A program made the translations under genes and the position numbers. Positions 10,301 through 18,262 of a DNA stretch of 64,000 nucleotides are shown here, one piece after another; position 1 is the stretch's first letter; each line of letters starts with the position of its first letter. The DNA is from Acutalibacteraceae bacterium (GTDB lineage Bacteria; Bacillota; Clostridia; Oscillospirales; Acutalibacteraceae): assembly GCA_045593245.1 (NCBI GenBank), contig JAZNWJ010000043.1, positions 36,254 through 100,253 on the forward strand. Reading direction: 5' to 3'. The notes below the pieces were generated by a model that saw nothing but the letters and a program-made list of their open reading frames with translations, made no database searches and was not told the origin of the DNA.

Positions 10301-10815
10301 GTGATAAACTTTCGGGTGCTGCAAAAGGCACTGCTATGCATCATATTATGCAGTTCATAAATTTGACAGAGCAAGTAGACGTAAACGCCGAGATTGAAAG
10401 ACTTGTTGAATGGAAATTTATTACCGAGCAAGAGGCGGCATCCGCTGATGTTGCGGCGATTGAACAGTTTTTTAAAAGCAAACTTTACAGTCGTATAATA
10501 TCGGCAAAAGAGGTTCGGCGCGAGATGCGTTTTCTGAGTGAAATAGCGGCGAAACGCATTGACCCTACGCTGGATATTGACGCAGAAGATGCCAATATAA
10601 TTGTTCAGGGAGCGGTTGACTTGTGCTTTGTTGAGGATGACGGCGTTGTGGTGCTTGATTTTAAAACCGACAGGGTAGATAATTTGAGTGAGCTTGTTGA
10701 CTGTTACGGTGAACAGTTGGAGATATATTCTACTGCGGCGGAAAAGATTTTTGGCCTGCCCGTTAAGGAAAGAATTATTTATTCATTCCATTTAGGCGAG
10801 TACATATCATTTTAG
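7312..10815 (+). CDS. addA: ATP-dependent helicase/nuclease subunit A (AddA/RexA), UvrD-like helicase plus RecB nuclease
   Basis: It has Walker A AAAGSGKT, the motifs VDEFQDVN and VGDVKQSIYGFRGS, and the C-terminal nuclease motif VVLDFKTD. Confidence 0.93.
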   Translation: MAFEPTPMQKKAIETRGNILVSAAAGSGKTAVLVERVINMLTDKESPVSADRLLIVTFTNAAAAEMRSRIEKRIHEEIQNNPDDVNLQKQKYLLQNADICTIDSFCIKLVRENFEKCGIEPDFKISDGSQQGDTVNRVMSGLIGEYLETPTADFYRLLELSGCEYDEKNLTELINRIYLYSQQLPFPENFINGLSFPYESNFDLGNVWYDMALDTAQKRAYTAIKCAQKMADVAPYTNKNTEKHIAYAQNITDMLESLKDVALSKDWDKLYQTLGEISFDRVPSSDKEDEAANTFKDNQKQIKAIIGEIGGLFFASREEAALSIKENIGAIKLLQELITKYGERLFDAFKEENAFTFYNMEQLALRLLCEYKGGQIVIRDDATTLCNRYDEVLVDEFQDVNDLQNTLFYVLSNCEEKLFVVGDVKQSIYGFRGSNPDNFLNKKNTYIPIENATEKEAKKIILSDNFRSRRGVCDAVNFFFKCLLSGQCGDIIYTQEEQLNAGGTFPKSDAAAAELLVVDKFDDTDDTSLLETEAQRIAEYIISVMNEGAVISDGNTLRTARYSDFAILLDKVKDKATVIAEVLSGYGIPVSLGGDSFMESIEIATVMSFLQVIDNPKCDVELLGVMMSPIFAFSADEMAKIRTKHKYGPLYSAVVAYSKTGDKKTTDFIEKLTDFRRDAVVMSVDRLISKLIHSTDILNIMSARDGSVRRANLFALINYAKGFVSRSDSGIYGFIKYMKSLPENSFKAVSVGGENSVRIMSMHNSKGLQFPVCILANLSSQINNADSISRVLFSEKGGIAFKYYDEKMGYDIEMLGHALMADAAQIKTIEEKLRLLYVAMTRAVDRLCLVCSAKNLEDKLQKLSDSLLDDAPYISREFLEKGRNMGDWILSCALVHPSSEVLRRYADIRAPRTTSDADLKITILNGNTDSEKTVAEEVAGEYACNIELAEKIKVNTEYVYPYEKLRFLQSKASVSRLVHSAEDDRFAFCERPAFMMGDKLSGAAKGTAMHHIMQFINLTEQVDVNAEIERLVEWKFITEQEAASADVAAIEQFFKSKLYSRIISAKEVRREMRFLSEIAAKRIDPTLDIDAEDANIIVQGAVDLCFVEDDGVVVLDFKTDRVDNLSELVDCYGEQLEIYSTAAEKIFGLPVKERIIYSFHLGEYISF

Positions 10816-10827
10816 AAGGGTTAAATT

Positions 10828-11385
10828 ATGAATTTAGTATTAAAAAAAGGCCGTCCTGAAATATTGGACGGCCGCGAGATAAAAGAAATCAGATGTTATG
10901 ATTTTTTGAATAATTTAGGTGTTGAATATTACTGTGTTGACCACCGCGATATGCCTGCTGACACAATGGAGGCATGCGAAGTGATTGATGAGGTGTTGGG
11001 CTGCAGGATTTGTAAAAATTTGTTTTTATGTAATCGTCAGAAGACTTCATTTTATCTGCTTATGATGCCTGCCGATAAACCTTTTAAAACTAAGGATCTG
11101 ACAGCGCAAATCAATTCTGCAAGACTTTCTTTTGCTGATGCAGATGCCATGCTTGGGCTACTTGATATAACACCCGGCTCAGTTAGCGTTTTAGGTCTTA
11201 TGAATGATACCGAGTGTACAGTGAGACTACTTGTAGATAAAGATATTTTAAGCGACGAATATATAGGTTGTCACCCTTGTGTTAATACTACAAGTATGAA
11301 AATAAAAACCAAAGATATTTTTGATAAAATAATATCGGCTACAAACCACACCAAAACGGTAGTTGAATTGCCGTGGTACGAGTAA
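10828..11385 (+). CDS. YbaK/ProX-type aminoacyl-tRNA editing (deacylase) domain protein
   Basis: CKNLFLCNRQKTSFYLLMMPADKPFKTKDL and GSVSVLGLMND are typical of prolyl-tRNA synthetase-associated (ProX) domain proteins. Confidence 0.78.
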   Translation: MNLVLKKGRPEILDGREIKEIRCYDFLNNLGVEYYCVDHRDMPADTMEACEVIDEVLGCRICKNLFLCNRQKTSFYLLMMPADKPFKTKDLTAQINSARLSFADADAMLGLLDITPGSVSVLGLMNDTECTVRLLVDKDILSDEYIGCHPCVNTTSMKIKTKDIFDKIISATNHTKTVVELPWYE

Positions 11386-11451
11386 TTCAACCAATGGTTT
11401 GTAGACATACCGCAGTAAATTGTTTATATTAAGGTCAAAGGAGGTACGCAT

Positions 11452-12066
11452 ATGGATCAGGTAAAAATAGGAAAATTTATTGCTGAGTGCAGAAAGAAGC
11501 AAAATCTTACTCAAATGCAGTTGGCAGAAAAATTGGGTATTACCGACAGAGCAATATCAAAGTGGGAAACAGGCAAGTCGATGCCCGATTCATCTATAAT
11601 GCTTGAGCTTTGTGACCTTCTTAAAATAACTGTAAATGATTTACTATGTGGGGAGGTAGTTATAATGGAAAATTATAACAAAGAAATGGAAAACAAACTA
11701 ATTGAACTGGTAAAGGAAAAGCAGCAGGCAGATAAAAGACTTTTGTCATTAGAGATATTTATAGGTGTGTTGTTTTCGGTTGTTATGTTTGTTTTAATTA
11801 TGGTGGCATCACTGGTGCAAATGGCTGATTGGCTTAGAATAATGCTTATCCTTATAGGCTTTATTCCGTTTGTGGTTGCAGTTCCGTTTATGATTAAAAT
11901 TGAGCAAACGGCAGGCTACTACGAATGCGCTAAATGTGGACACAGATACGTACCGACATATAGCAGTGTTTTATGGGCGATGCACATAAACAGAACAAGA
12001 TATATGAAATGCCCTAAATGCCATATAAAGTCGTGGCAGAAAAAAGTTTTAAGTAAAGAAAATTAA
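11452..12066 (+). CDS. XRE-family HTH regulator fused to two TM helices and a C-terminal CxxC...CxxC zinc ribbon
   Basis: It has the HTH_3 motif KKQNLTQMQLAEKLGITDRAISKWETGKSMPD, hydrophobic segments FIGVLFSVVMFVLIMV and ILIGFIPFVVAVPFMI, and CAKCG...CPKCH. An AAAGGAGG RBS precedes it. Confidence 0.8.
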   Translation: MDQVKIGKFIAECRKKQNLTQMQLAEKLGITDRAISKWETGKSMPDSSIMLELCDLLKITVNDLLCGEVVIMENYNKEMENKLIELVKEKQQADKRLLSLEIFIGVLFSVVMFVLIMVASLVQMADWLRIMLILIGFIPFVVAVPFMIKIEQTAGYYECAKCGHRYVPTYSSVLWAMHINRTRYMKCPKCHIKSWQKKVLSKEN

Positions 12067-12069
12067 CCA

Positions 12070-12104
12070 AAAAGCACTCCATCCAAGATGGAGTGCTTTT
12101 TTTA
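12070..12104. terminator. Bidirectional rho-independent terminator
   Basis: aaaagcactccat-ccaag-atggagtgcttttttt. Confidence 0.7.
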
Positions 12105-12105
12105 T

Positions 12106-12987
12106 TTAACTTAAATGTGAGAGTATTGTGTCTATATTTTCGTCGGAATATTCTATTTCGCAAGAATACAGTCTTGCGATTTCGATAAGCTCTTCTATTG
12201 TGTTTGACGTATTCATAGTTTTTATGACTTTGTAAATAAGTGCCGAAAATAGAACCCTTTCCTTAACCATATCGTCATACTGACAATCGGCAAAATGCCT
12301 GAAAATTAGGTATACAAGTAGTTGCTCGTAAGCGGTGTCAAGCGAGTTATCGGTAACAGGGGAGTCAATACCGTTTTTAATTCGCAGTAAATACTGCTCC
12401 CAAGTATTATCTAATTTTTCTAATTCATTAAAAACGGCATACCAGTCGGTGTTGTGCGGTAACTGAGCGTCAAGAAAGGTTAGCATATTATCAATGCGTT
12501 CGTCTATGGAAAATTCTCTATCCTGCAAAATATCAAAAAGATTTTCTCTGAATCGTATTATTGGTAATTGCAGTGCATCGACGGGTAAATTAAGTACAGA
12601 TTTATCTTTTTTTGTAAGTATAATTTCGGCTGCCGCCTCACAGCAAAGGCCAAGACCGATTTCTTGATATTCTTCATAAAAATTACGAAAACGTGGGTGG
12701 TCACTACATATCTGACAGAGCATATCCTCGCCTAAATTTATAATGATATCACAAAGCCCATCGCGGTTTAAAAAAGGGCAACGTTCGTTGTTATCTAATT
12801 TAAAATGAGGTGTTTCTTCAAATGAAATACAACTCTTAAATTTGTCCGCAAAATCGCCTTTAAGAGCTTTATATTTACTTAAAGTAGTGTCATCAATTTC
12901 TATTTCCCAACCAATGCAACAACTGTGGCGGCAACGGTCGGCAATACACTTAAAATCTTTGTAATAATCGGGTGTTACAATAAGCAT
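12106..12987 (-). CDS. Cys-rich FliB-like (flagellin lysine-N-methylase family) protein
   Basis: The N-terminal F.C....C...CC.GW.I.ID pattern (DFKCIADRCRHSCCIGWEIEIDD) and a second Cys cluster (CPFLNRDGLCDI...CQICSDHPR) resemble the FliB / CxxCxxCC family. The assignment is from memory of the family pattern only. Confidence 0.5.
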   Translation of the reverse strand: MLIVTPDYYKDFKCIADRCRHSCCIGWEIEIDDTTLSKYKALKGDFADKFKSCISFEETPHFKLDNNERCPFLNRDGLCDIIINLGEDMLCQICSDHPRFRNFYEEYQEIGLGLCCEAAAEIILTKKDKSVLNLPVDALQLPIIRFRENLFDILQDREFSIDERIDNMLTFLDAQLPHNTDWYAVFNELEKLDNTWEQYLLRIKNGIDSPVTDNSLDTAYEQLLVYLIFRHFADCQYDDMVKERVLFSALIYKVIKTMNTSNTIEELIEIARLYSCEIEYSDENIDTILSHLS

Positions 12988-13092
12988 AAAACTATCCTTT
13001 GTGTTTTTTTAGAATATAACATATTTACTATTGATAGTCAAATATAAACTGTGGTACAATGGTATACGAAAATTAAAAGAGGTATAAATATT

Positions 13093-14289
13093 ATGTTTTT
13101 GAAACGTTTAGTGGCTGTTATTGTCGCTTTGATATTACTTTTACAGTTGGCCGCGTGCAATCCGATGCCATCTGCCGATAGTAATTTCAGTATAAACAGT
13201 GGAATATACACCGATAACTTATCCGAAAGCATCGGTCAGGTTGCTGATAACTTGCAATTGGGTAATGGCAAAGATGAAAACTATACCGATGATACGTCCG
13301 CCGACAGCAACGATGATACAAGCGAGTCACATCAAGACGTTAGTAGTAATGAAACAAACGAATCCGTTTCTTCTGATAGCGATATACAAGATACAGATAA
13401 ATCCAGTCAAAGTGACAACCAAGACGAAGTTCAAAACGATGATGTTACTTTGCAATGCAATCACGGTACTGAAGATCCGTATCAAGGCATGAGCAAAACG
13501 GAATTTTATGCCAATTATACTCCCGCTTGTTGTAATCAGGATGCGAGTTATCGGTCTAAACACTACTTCCTGTCGGGAAGTCTGGAAGTGCCGGGTCAAT
13601 ATGTAAAGGAAGCAGACAATTGCCCAAAATCGGGGGATAAATTTATACGAAATACCGCTACAATATATTTAGATAATGGCAATACATACGTAGTAATGGA
13701 CACTAGCGGCGATGAGGTTATGCGCATACATAAAGATGGTGGATATATCACTCCCGAGGAAGTGGCGGCATATATGTATGCGTTTGGCGGTAGTGGTAAA
13801 ATACCGGCAAATTACACCACAAAAAAGAATACAAAGCCAAGCAGTAGCCTATGGGCTGAATATTTGCGAGTAAATTACTCGTATTTTATAGGAGATACCA
13901 ATAAATATCCATACGAGCCGGAATTACCCGATATTTCAGGTTGTGGTGGTAGTTTAAGATATTATGAAATGGATATAGGAACCACAGGCACTGCAACACC
14001 CGGTTATGCGGCAAAGCCTTATATACAAGGAAATAAAATCAATCGCGGCGCGGCAAGACTTGTTTGTGCCCGACAAGACCTTAACGGAAACGGTGTGTAT
14101 GAAAATAATGAAGTTTACGTTTTTTATACACACAATCATTATAACGATTTCAGAGAATATTTAAATTACTATGGCGGCTGGGGTGAAATGTTTGGCAACG
14201 TAACAGGCGGCGGCGAGTACAGTAGCAAAACCAATTATAATCCCACACCATACGTACCAACCGAATATTTGGATTTTTCGAAACAATAA
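13093..14289 (+). CDS. Secreted lipoprotein with a C-terminal barnase/binase-like (microbial guanyl-specific) ribonuclease domain
   Basis: It has a lipobox (LLLQLAAC) followed by an Asp/Ser-rich linker. The C-terminal blocks parallel barnase: VAAYMYAFGGSGKIPANYTTKK vs VADYLQTYHKLPDNYITK; YPYEPELP vs FSNREGKLP; YYEMDI vs WREADI (catalytic Glu); NRGAARLV vs RNSDRIL; FYTHNHYNDF vs YKTTDHYQTF (catalytic His). The start was moved to the Met of MFLKRL, after an AAGAGG RBS. Confidence 0.6.
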   Translation: MFLKRLVAVIVALILLLQLAACNPMPSADSNFSINSGIYTDNLSESIGQVADNLQLGNGKDENYTDDTSADSNDDTSESHQDVSSNETNESVSSDSDIQDTDKSSQSDNQDEVQNDDVTLQCNHGTEDPYQGMSKTEFYANYTPACCNQDASYRSKHYFLSGSLEVPGQYVKEADNCPKSGDKFIRNTATIYLDNGNTYVVMDTSGDEVMRIHKDGGYITPEEVAAYMYAFGGSGKIPANYTTKKNTKPSSSLWAEYLRVNYSYFIGDTNKYPYEPELPDISGCGGSLRYYEMDIGTTGTATPGYAAKPYIQGNKINRGAARLVCARQDLNGNGVYENNEVYVFYTHNHYNDFREYLNYYGGWGEMFGNVTGGGEYSSKTNYNPTPYVPTEYLDFSKQ

Positions 14290-14369
14290 TTAAATTTTTT
14301 ATAACAAAAGTAAAACTTATTATAAAATTGAATTTTTGATATTCTTGAGCAAAAAAATTCAAATTTATG

Positions 14370-14398
14370 TTGACAAACTAAAAAAATGAATGTATAAT
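14370..14398 (+). promoter_or_regulatory. Consensus sigma-A promoter for the tRNA pair
   Basis: TTGACA (14370-14375), a 17-nt spacer, then TATAAT (14393-14398), about 30 nt upstream of the first tRNA. Confidence 0.65.
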
Positions 14399-14429
14399 AA
14401 CTTTTGCTGTCAATGTGGCGGCTGTATGT

Positions 14430-14506
14430 GGACCAATAGCTCAGTTGGTTAGAGCAACCGGCTCATAACCGGTTGGTCCGGGGTTCGAGTCCCTGTTGGT
14501 CCACCA
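14430..14506 (+). tRNA. tRNA with CAT anticodon, probably tRNA-Ile2 (lysidine-modified) rather than elongator Met
   Basis: The cloverleaf has acceptor GGACCAA/TTGGTCC, D-arm AGCTCAGTTGGTTAGAGC, anticodon loop CT-CAT-AA, T-arm GGGGTTCGAGTCCCT and an encoded CCA. The GGACC... acceptor and the CGGCTCATAACCG stem resemble Firmicute tRNA-Ile(CAU). That identity call is from memory. Confidence 0.88.
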
Positions 14507-14513
14507 TTTTTAT

Positions 14514-14588
14514 AGGGGTATGGTGTCAATGGTAGCACACCGGTCTCCAAAACCGTTTGTGAGGGTTCGAGTCCTTCTACCCCTGCCA
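14514..14588 (+). tRNA. tRNA-Trp (CCA anticodon)
   Basis: It has acceptor AGGGGTA/TACCCCT, anticodon loop CT-CCA-AA, T-arm GAGGGTTCGAGTCCTTC, discriminator G and an encoded CCA. Confidence 0.92.
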
Positions 14589-14589
14589 A

Positions 14590-14628
14590 AATAACAGTTC
14601 ACACTTTTGAGTGGGCTGTTATTTTTTT
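14590..14628 (+). terminator. Terminator-like hairpin plus T-run after tRNA-Trp
   Basis: ataacag...ctgttat stem followed by ttttttt. Confidence 0.5.
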
Positions 14629-14652
14629 GTATGTAAGAAGGAATTGAACGTG

Positions 14653-14693
14653 GGCTTGGCTCTGACAGTCCACTGGACTGTCAGAGCCAAGCC
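14653..14693. other. Perfect 18-19 bp inverted repeat (hairpin) between the two copies of the tRNA-Trp 3' end
   Basis: ggcttggctctgacagtc-cactg-gactgtcagagccaagcc has no mismatches and no following T-run. Confidence 0.85.
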
Positions 14694-14717
14694 TGACCGA
14701 GCACCGCAGTGCGAGAC

Positions 14718-14740
14718 TTCGAGTCCTTCTACCCCTGCCA
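14718..14740 (+). repeat. 23-nt direct duplicate of the tRNA-Trp T-loop/acceptor 3' end (att-like scar)
   Basis: ttcgagtccttctacccctgcca at 14718-14740 is identical to 14566-14588. No 5' half of a tRNA precedes it. Confidence 0.85.
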
Positions 14741-14741
14741 G

Positions 14742-14775
14742 AAACACAGGTCACATAAGTGACCTGTGTTTTTTA
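14742..14775 (+). terminator. Rho-independent terminator after the duplicated tRNA 3' end
   Basis: aacacaggtcac-ataa-gtgacctgtgtt followed by tttt. Confidence 0.7.
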
Positions 14776-14870
14776 GATTTATATTATCAAGAAAAGTCTC
14801 GAAATAATCAAAATATGTCTTGAAAACAGCGATTTTTAATATCTATAATTTAATTAAAGGAGATGATAAT

Positions 14871-17255
14871 ATGCAAAGATTTGATTTAAACGGCATTTGG
14901 CGTCTTTTGGGTGGGGAGTATGACTGTAACGGTACAATTCCGGGTTCGGTTTATTCTTTCTTGCTCGATAATAAACTGATAGATGACCCATACTATCGTG
15001 ATAACGAGTTAAAATGTGTTGGTATAATGGACAATGAGTTTGAGTTTTCACGCAAGTTTGATTACACACCAGACGGCAACACTGTTTTGCTTTGTTGCGA
15101 CGGTCTTGATACTATTTGTGATATATATGTAAACGGTACACATATCGCTTATACTGATAATATGCACCGTAGTTATGAATTTGATGTAACCACTGTGCTT
15201 AAAACAGGTGAAAACGAAATCAAAATTGCAATTCATCCCGCCGATGCTTACATAAAAGAGAAAGAGGCAGAAGCCCCCACCTTTTATGCAAAAGAGGCAA
15301 TGGCAGGTTTTGGTAATATACGCAAAGCGCACTGTATGTTCGGTTGGGACTGGGGTCCACGACTTCCTGACGCAGGTATCTGGAAAGATATTTATCTGCT
15401 AAAGAAGGACAGCGCTCGTATTAGTGATATTTATATTACACAACGTCACGACGGTGGCCGTGTATATGTTACACCGAAGATTGAAATTGACGGTAACGCT
15501 GATATAAAGATTGCCTGTACTGCGCCTGATGGCAGTAGTTTTGAGCTTGTGGCAAACTGTGAAAATGAGATTGCAAATCCAAAACTCTGGATGCCAAGAG
15601 GCCTCGGAAGTCAGCCGCTTTATACAATAAAGGTTGAGCTTTTAGAAAATGGTACAGTTGTTGACTCGCAGAGCAAAAGAATCGGCTTGCGCACAGTAAA
15701 ACTTATCCGCGAAAAAGACAAGTGGGGGCAGTCCTTCTGCCACGAAGTTAACGGCGTTCGCTTTTTTGCAATGGGCGCTGATTACGTACCCGAGGATAAT
15801 ATTTTATCTAGACTTAGCGAAAAGCGCACCCGCGACCTTATAACACAATGTTGCCGTTGCAACTTTAACTGTCTGCGTGTATGGGGCGGCGGTTTTTACC
15901 CGCATGATTATTTCTTTGATATCTGTGATGAGATGGGTATCACTGTTTTTATGGATCTTATGTTTGCGTGCTCCAGTATGAACCCTGACGATGAAATGAT
16001 GGAAAACATTAAGATTGAGGCTGAACAAAACCTTACGCGGCTTCGCCATCATCCGTCAATCGTTATCGTAAGCGGTAATAATGAAATAGAACTCTGGTGT
16101 ACATGGCAACCTGTAAAATATCCACGATATCTCGAGATATTTGAGGACGTACTTGCTGACGTTGCAGAACGCATTTGTCCCGATATTCCGTACGTTCCGT
16201 CGTCGCCATCATCAATTGGTCACTTTATGGATCCGCAAAACGAAAACTTTGGCGACTGCCATTATTATGACGTATGGTGTGGCAAACCCATTACCGAATA
16301 CCGCACAAAGCATTGGCGATATATGAGCGAGTTTGGTGTGCAGTCATATCCGGGTGAAAAGACGGTTAACGCGTATACCTTGCCCGAAGACCGCAATGTT
16401 TTCTCACGTGTTATGGAAATGCATCAGCGCTCAATTCCCGCAAATAAGTTTCTTATGCAGTATTTATCCGAAAACTTTAAGTATCCTAACAGCCTGCCTG
16501 CATTCCTTTATGCAACACAACTCTTTCAAGCGGAAGCAATTAAGTATTGCGTAGAGCATATGCGCCGTAATCGTGGCAGATGTATGGGCTCGCTTTATTG
16601 GCAACTTAACGATATATGGCCTGTAGCCTCTTGGGCGAGTATTGACAGTTTCGGTAGATATAAAGCACTTCAGTATTATTCAAAGCGTTTTTATGAGCCT
16701 GTGCTTATCTCTTGCCGTGAGGTAGGAGAAATGGACGTTCGTCCGTTTATTAACACCGAGCGTAACATAGAGCTTGTAACCACAGCCGAGCTTACAGTTA
16801 CCAACGATACATTAAATGATGTTACAGGTGTAGTAAACTGGGAACTTCGCGATAATAAGGCAAACGTTATAAAGAGTGGGGAACAGACCGTTACCGTGCC
16901 CGCGCTATCATACATAACGCTCGATAATATGGACTTTAACAAAACAGACCCATATACTACGTATATCAGTTATTCTTATACTGTTGATGAACAAGTAGTA
17001 TCAAGCGGTACAACACTGTTTGCGGCACACAAGCGTTTTGATTTTATTGAGCCTAATCTTCGTTACGAAATAAACGGCGACGAAATTACAGTTTATGCCG
17101 ATACTTATGCCAAAGCAGTTGAGATTGATTCGCTCGACAGTGACTTTATCTTAAGTGACAACTACTTTGATATGAACGCAGGTAGTAAGACTGTAAAAAT
17201 AGTTGAGGGCACACCAAAGACGATTAGATTACGCAGTGTGATTGATATTAAGTAA
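14871..17255 (+). CDS. GH2 family beta-mannosidase
   Basis: The N-terminus DLNGIWRL...IPGSVYSFLLDNKLIDDPYYRDNE is the beta-mannosidase signature. It also has VWGGGFYP, the acid/base motif SGNNE and the nucleophile motif MSEFGVQSYP. The start was moved to the Met of MQRFDLNG, after a GGAG RBS. Confidence 0.83.
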   Translation: MQRFDLNGIWRLLGGEYDCNGTIPGSVYSFLLDNKLIDDPYYRDNELKCVGIMDNEFEFSRKFDYTPDGNTVLLCCDGLDTICDIYVNGTHIAYTDNMHRSYEFDVTTVLKTGENEIKIAIHPADAYIKEKEAEAPTFYAKEAMAGFGNIRKAHCMFGWDWGPRLPDAGIWKDIYLLKKDSARISDIYITQRHDGGRVYVTPKIEIDGNADIKIACTAPDGSSFELVANCENEIANPKLWMPRGLGSQPLYTIKVELLENGTVVDSQSKRIGLRTVKLIREKDKWGQSFCHEVNGVRFFAMGADYVPEDNILSRLSEKRTRDLITQCCRCNFNCLRVWGGGFYPHDYFFDICDEMGITVFMDLMFACSSMNPDDEMMENIKIEAEQNLTRLRHHPSIVIVSGNNEIELWCTWQPVKYPRYLEIFEDVLADVAERICPDIPYVPSSPSSIGHFMDPQNENFGDCHYYDVWCGKPITEYRTKHWRYMSEFGVQSYPGEKTVNAYTLPEDRNVFSRVMEMHQRSIPANKFLMQYLSENFKYPNSLPAFLYATQLFQAEAIKYCVEHMRRNRGRCMGSLYWQLNDIWPVASWASIDSFGRYKALQYYSKRFYEPVLISCREVGEMDVRPFINTERNIELVTTAELTVTNDTLNDVTGVVNWELRDNKANVIKSGEQTVTVPALSYITLDNMDFNKTDPYTTYISYSYTVDEQVVSSGTTLFAAHKRFDFIEPNLRYEINGDEITVYADTYAKAVEIDSLDSDFILSDNYFDMNAGSKTVKIVEGTPKTIRLRSVIDIK

Positions 17256-17260
17256 AAAAC

Positions 17261-17299
17261 AAAAATGTGTATGAGAGTAAAATCTCATACACATTTTTT
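17261..17299. terminator. Bidirectional rho-independent terminator
   Basis: aaaaatgtgtatgagag-taaaat-ctcatacacatttttt. Confidence 0.7.
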
Positions 17300-17304
17300 A
17301 AATG

Positions 17305-18186
17305 TTAATCCTCTAAAACTTGTAAATCCGCATCAAAAGATTTACAAGTGCTGATAATATCATCATTAACTGCTACTGAAATAAACCAACCTGCCATATC
17401 TTGTGTAACGGATTCGGGATTATTTGTTTGCTTTATATGAACGCGGAATGATTCACTATCGCAATATACGTTATCGACGTCAAATCTATACGAACCGCTA
17501 TTTGCCGTTACGTAGACTATAAAAAGTGAATTATTCTCAAAGAATTCTTCGCCGTATTTAGCCGTTGCATCTTCAAAAGACGGAACTTCATTATAACCGT
17601 GGTTGATAGACAGTACGTCACCGTAATTTGATTTAAAATCTTCCAAATCTTTTTGAGTATCCATTTTAAAGATGGGGAAGTGTTTTACACTACTAAGGTA
17701 CATCTGCTCAAAGTTTAAACAACCCGAATATATTTTATCATCTTTTGACCAACCTGCATATGATATTGTTTTTTCATATTCCTTTACATCAACGGCTTTG
17801 TCCAGTAATTCATTAGCATAGTTGGTTAATTTTTCGCACGGCTTATATTTTGTTTTATAGCCTGTTCCGTTAATTACAAAGAAAGGATTATATGCCTGAA
17901 GTTCTTGCTTGGAGCCGTCAAGCATTGTAATTGTAAACAAGACTCCTTGCCCCATATACTCGCTATACGAATTATCTTCTTCATAAATTACAATATCGCG
18001 AAGTAGTGAGACCATCTTTTCTATATCATCTATTTGAATGGTTTTGTTTGGTGGAGATAGAGTTACGCTTGCCGATGCAACATCCGAAGCTTTTAAATCC
18101 TTGTATGGTCTTTCGCCTTGCTCGGCGCAGCCTACAAATGAAAACATAAATATCAATACTAAAAATAGAGATACAGTTTTCTTCAT
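17305..18186 (-). CDS. Hypothetical lipoprotein
   Basis: It has signal peptide plus lipobox MKKTVSLFLVLIFMFSFVGC and an AAGGAG RBS. No recognisable catalytic motif. Confidence 0.65.
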   Translation of the reverse strand: MKKTVSLFLVLIFMFSFVGCAEQGERPYKDLKASDVASASVTLSPPNKTIQIDDIEKMVSLLRDIVIYEEDNSYSEYMGQGVLFTITMLDGSKQELQAYNPFFVINGTGYKTKYKPCEKLTNYANELLDKAVDVKEYEKTISYAGWSKDDKIYSGCLNFEQMYLSSVKHFPIFKMDTQKDLEDFKSNYGDVLSINHGYNEVPSFEDATAKYGEEFFENNSLFIVYVTANSGSYRFDVDNVYCDSESFRVHIKQTNNPESVTQDMAGWFISVAVNDDIISTCKSFDADLQVLED

Positions 18187-18262
18187 ATAAAATACTCCTT
18201 TGCAAAATTTTTTATGAGTATCAATCAAGAAATTTCAAAGTTGTTTTAAGTGGTATCTTAAG

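Noticed and set aside
14566-14740. A prophage or ICE could be integrated at tRNA-Trp.
   Set aside because: Only 129 bp separate the direct repeats, and the flanking genes (an RNase lipoprotein and a beta-mannosidase) are not phage or ICE genes. Only a scar or att-like site can be claimed.
14611-14823. A 70-aa ORF lies downstream of tRNA-Trp.
   Set aside because: It spans the terminator, the perfect palindrome and the duplicated tRNA 3' end. It has no RBS, and its composition looks like translated structural DNA.
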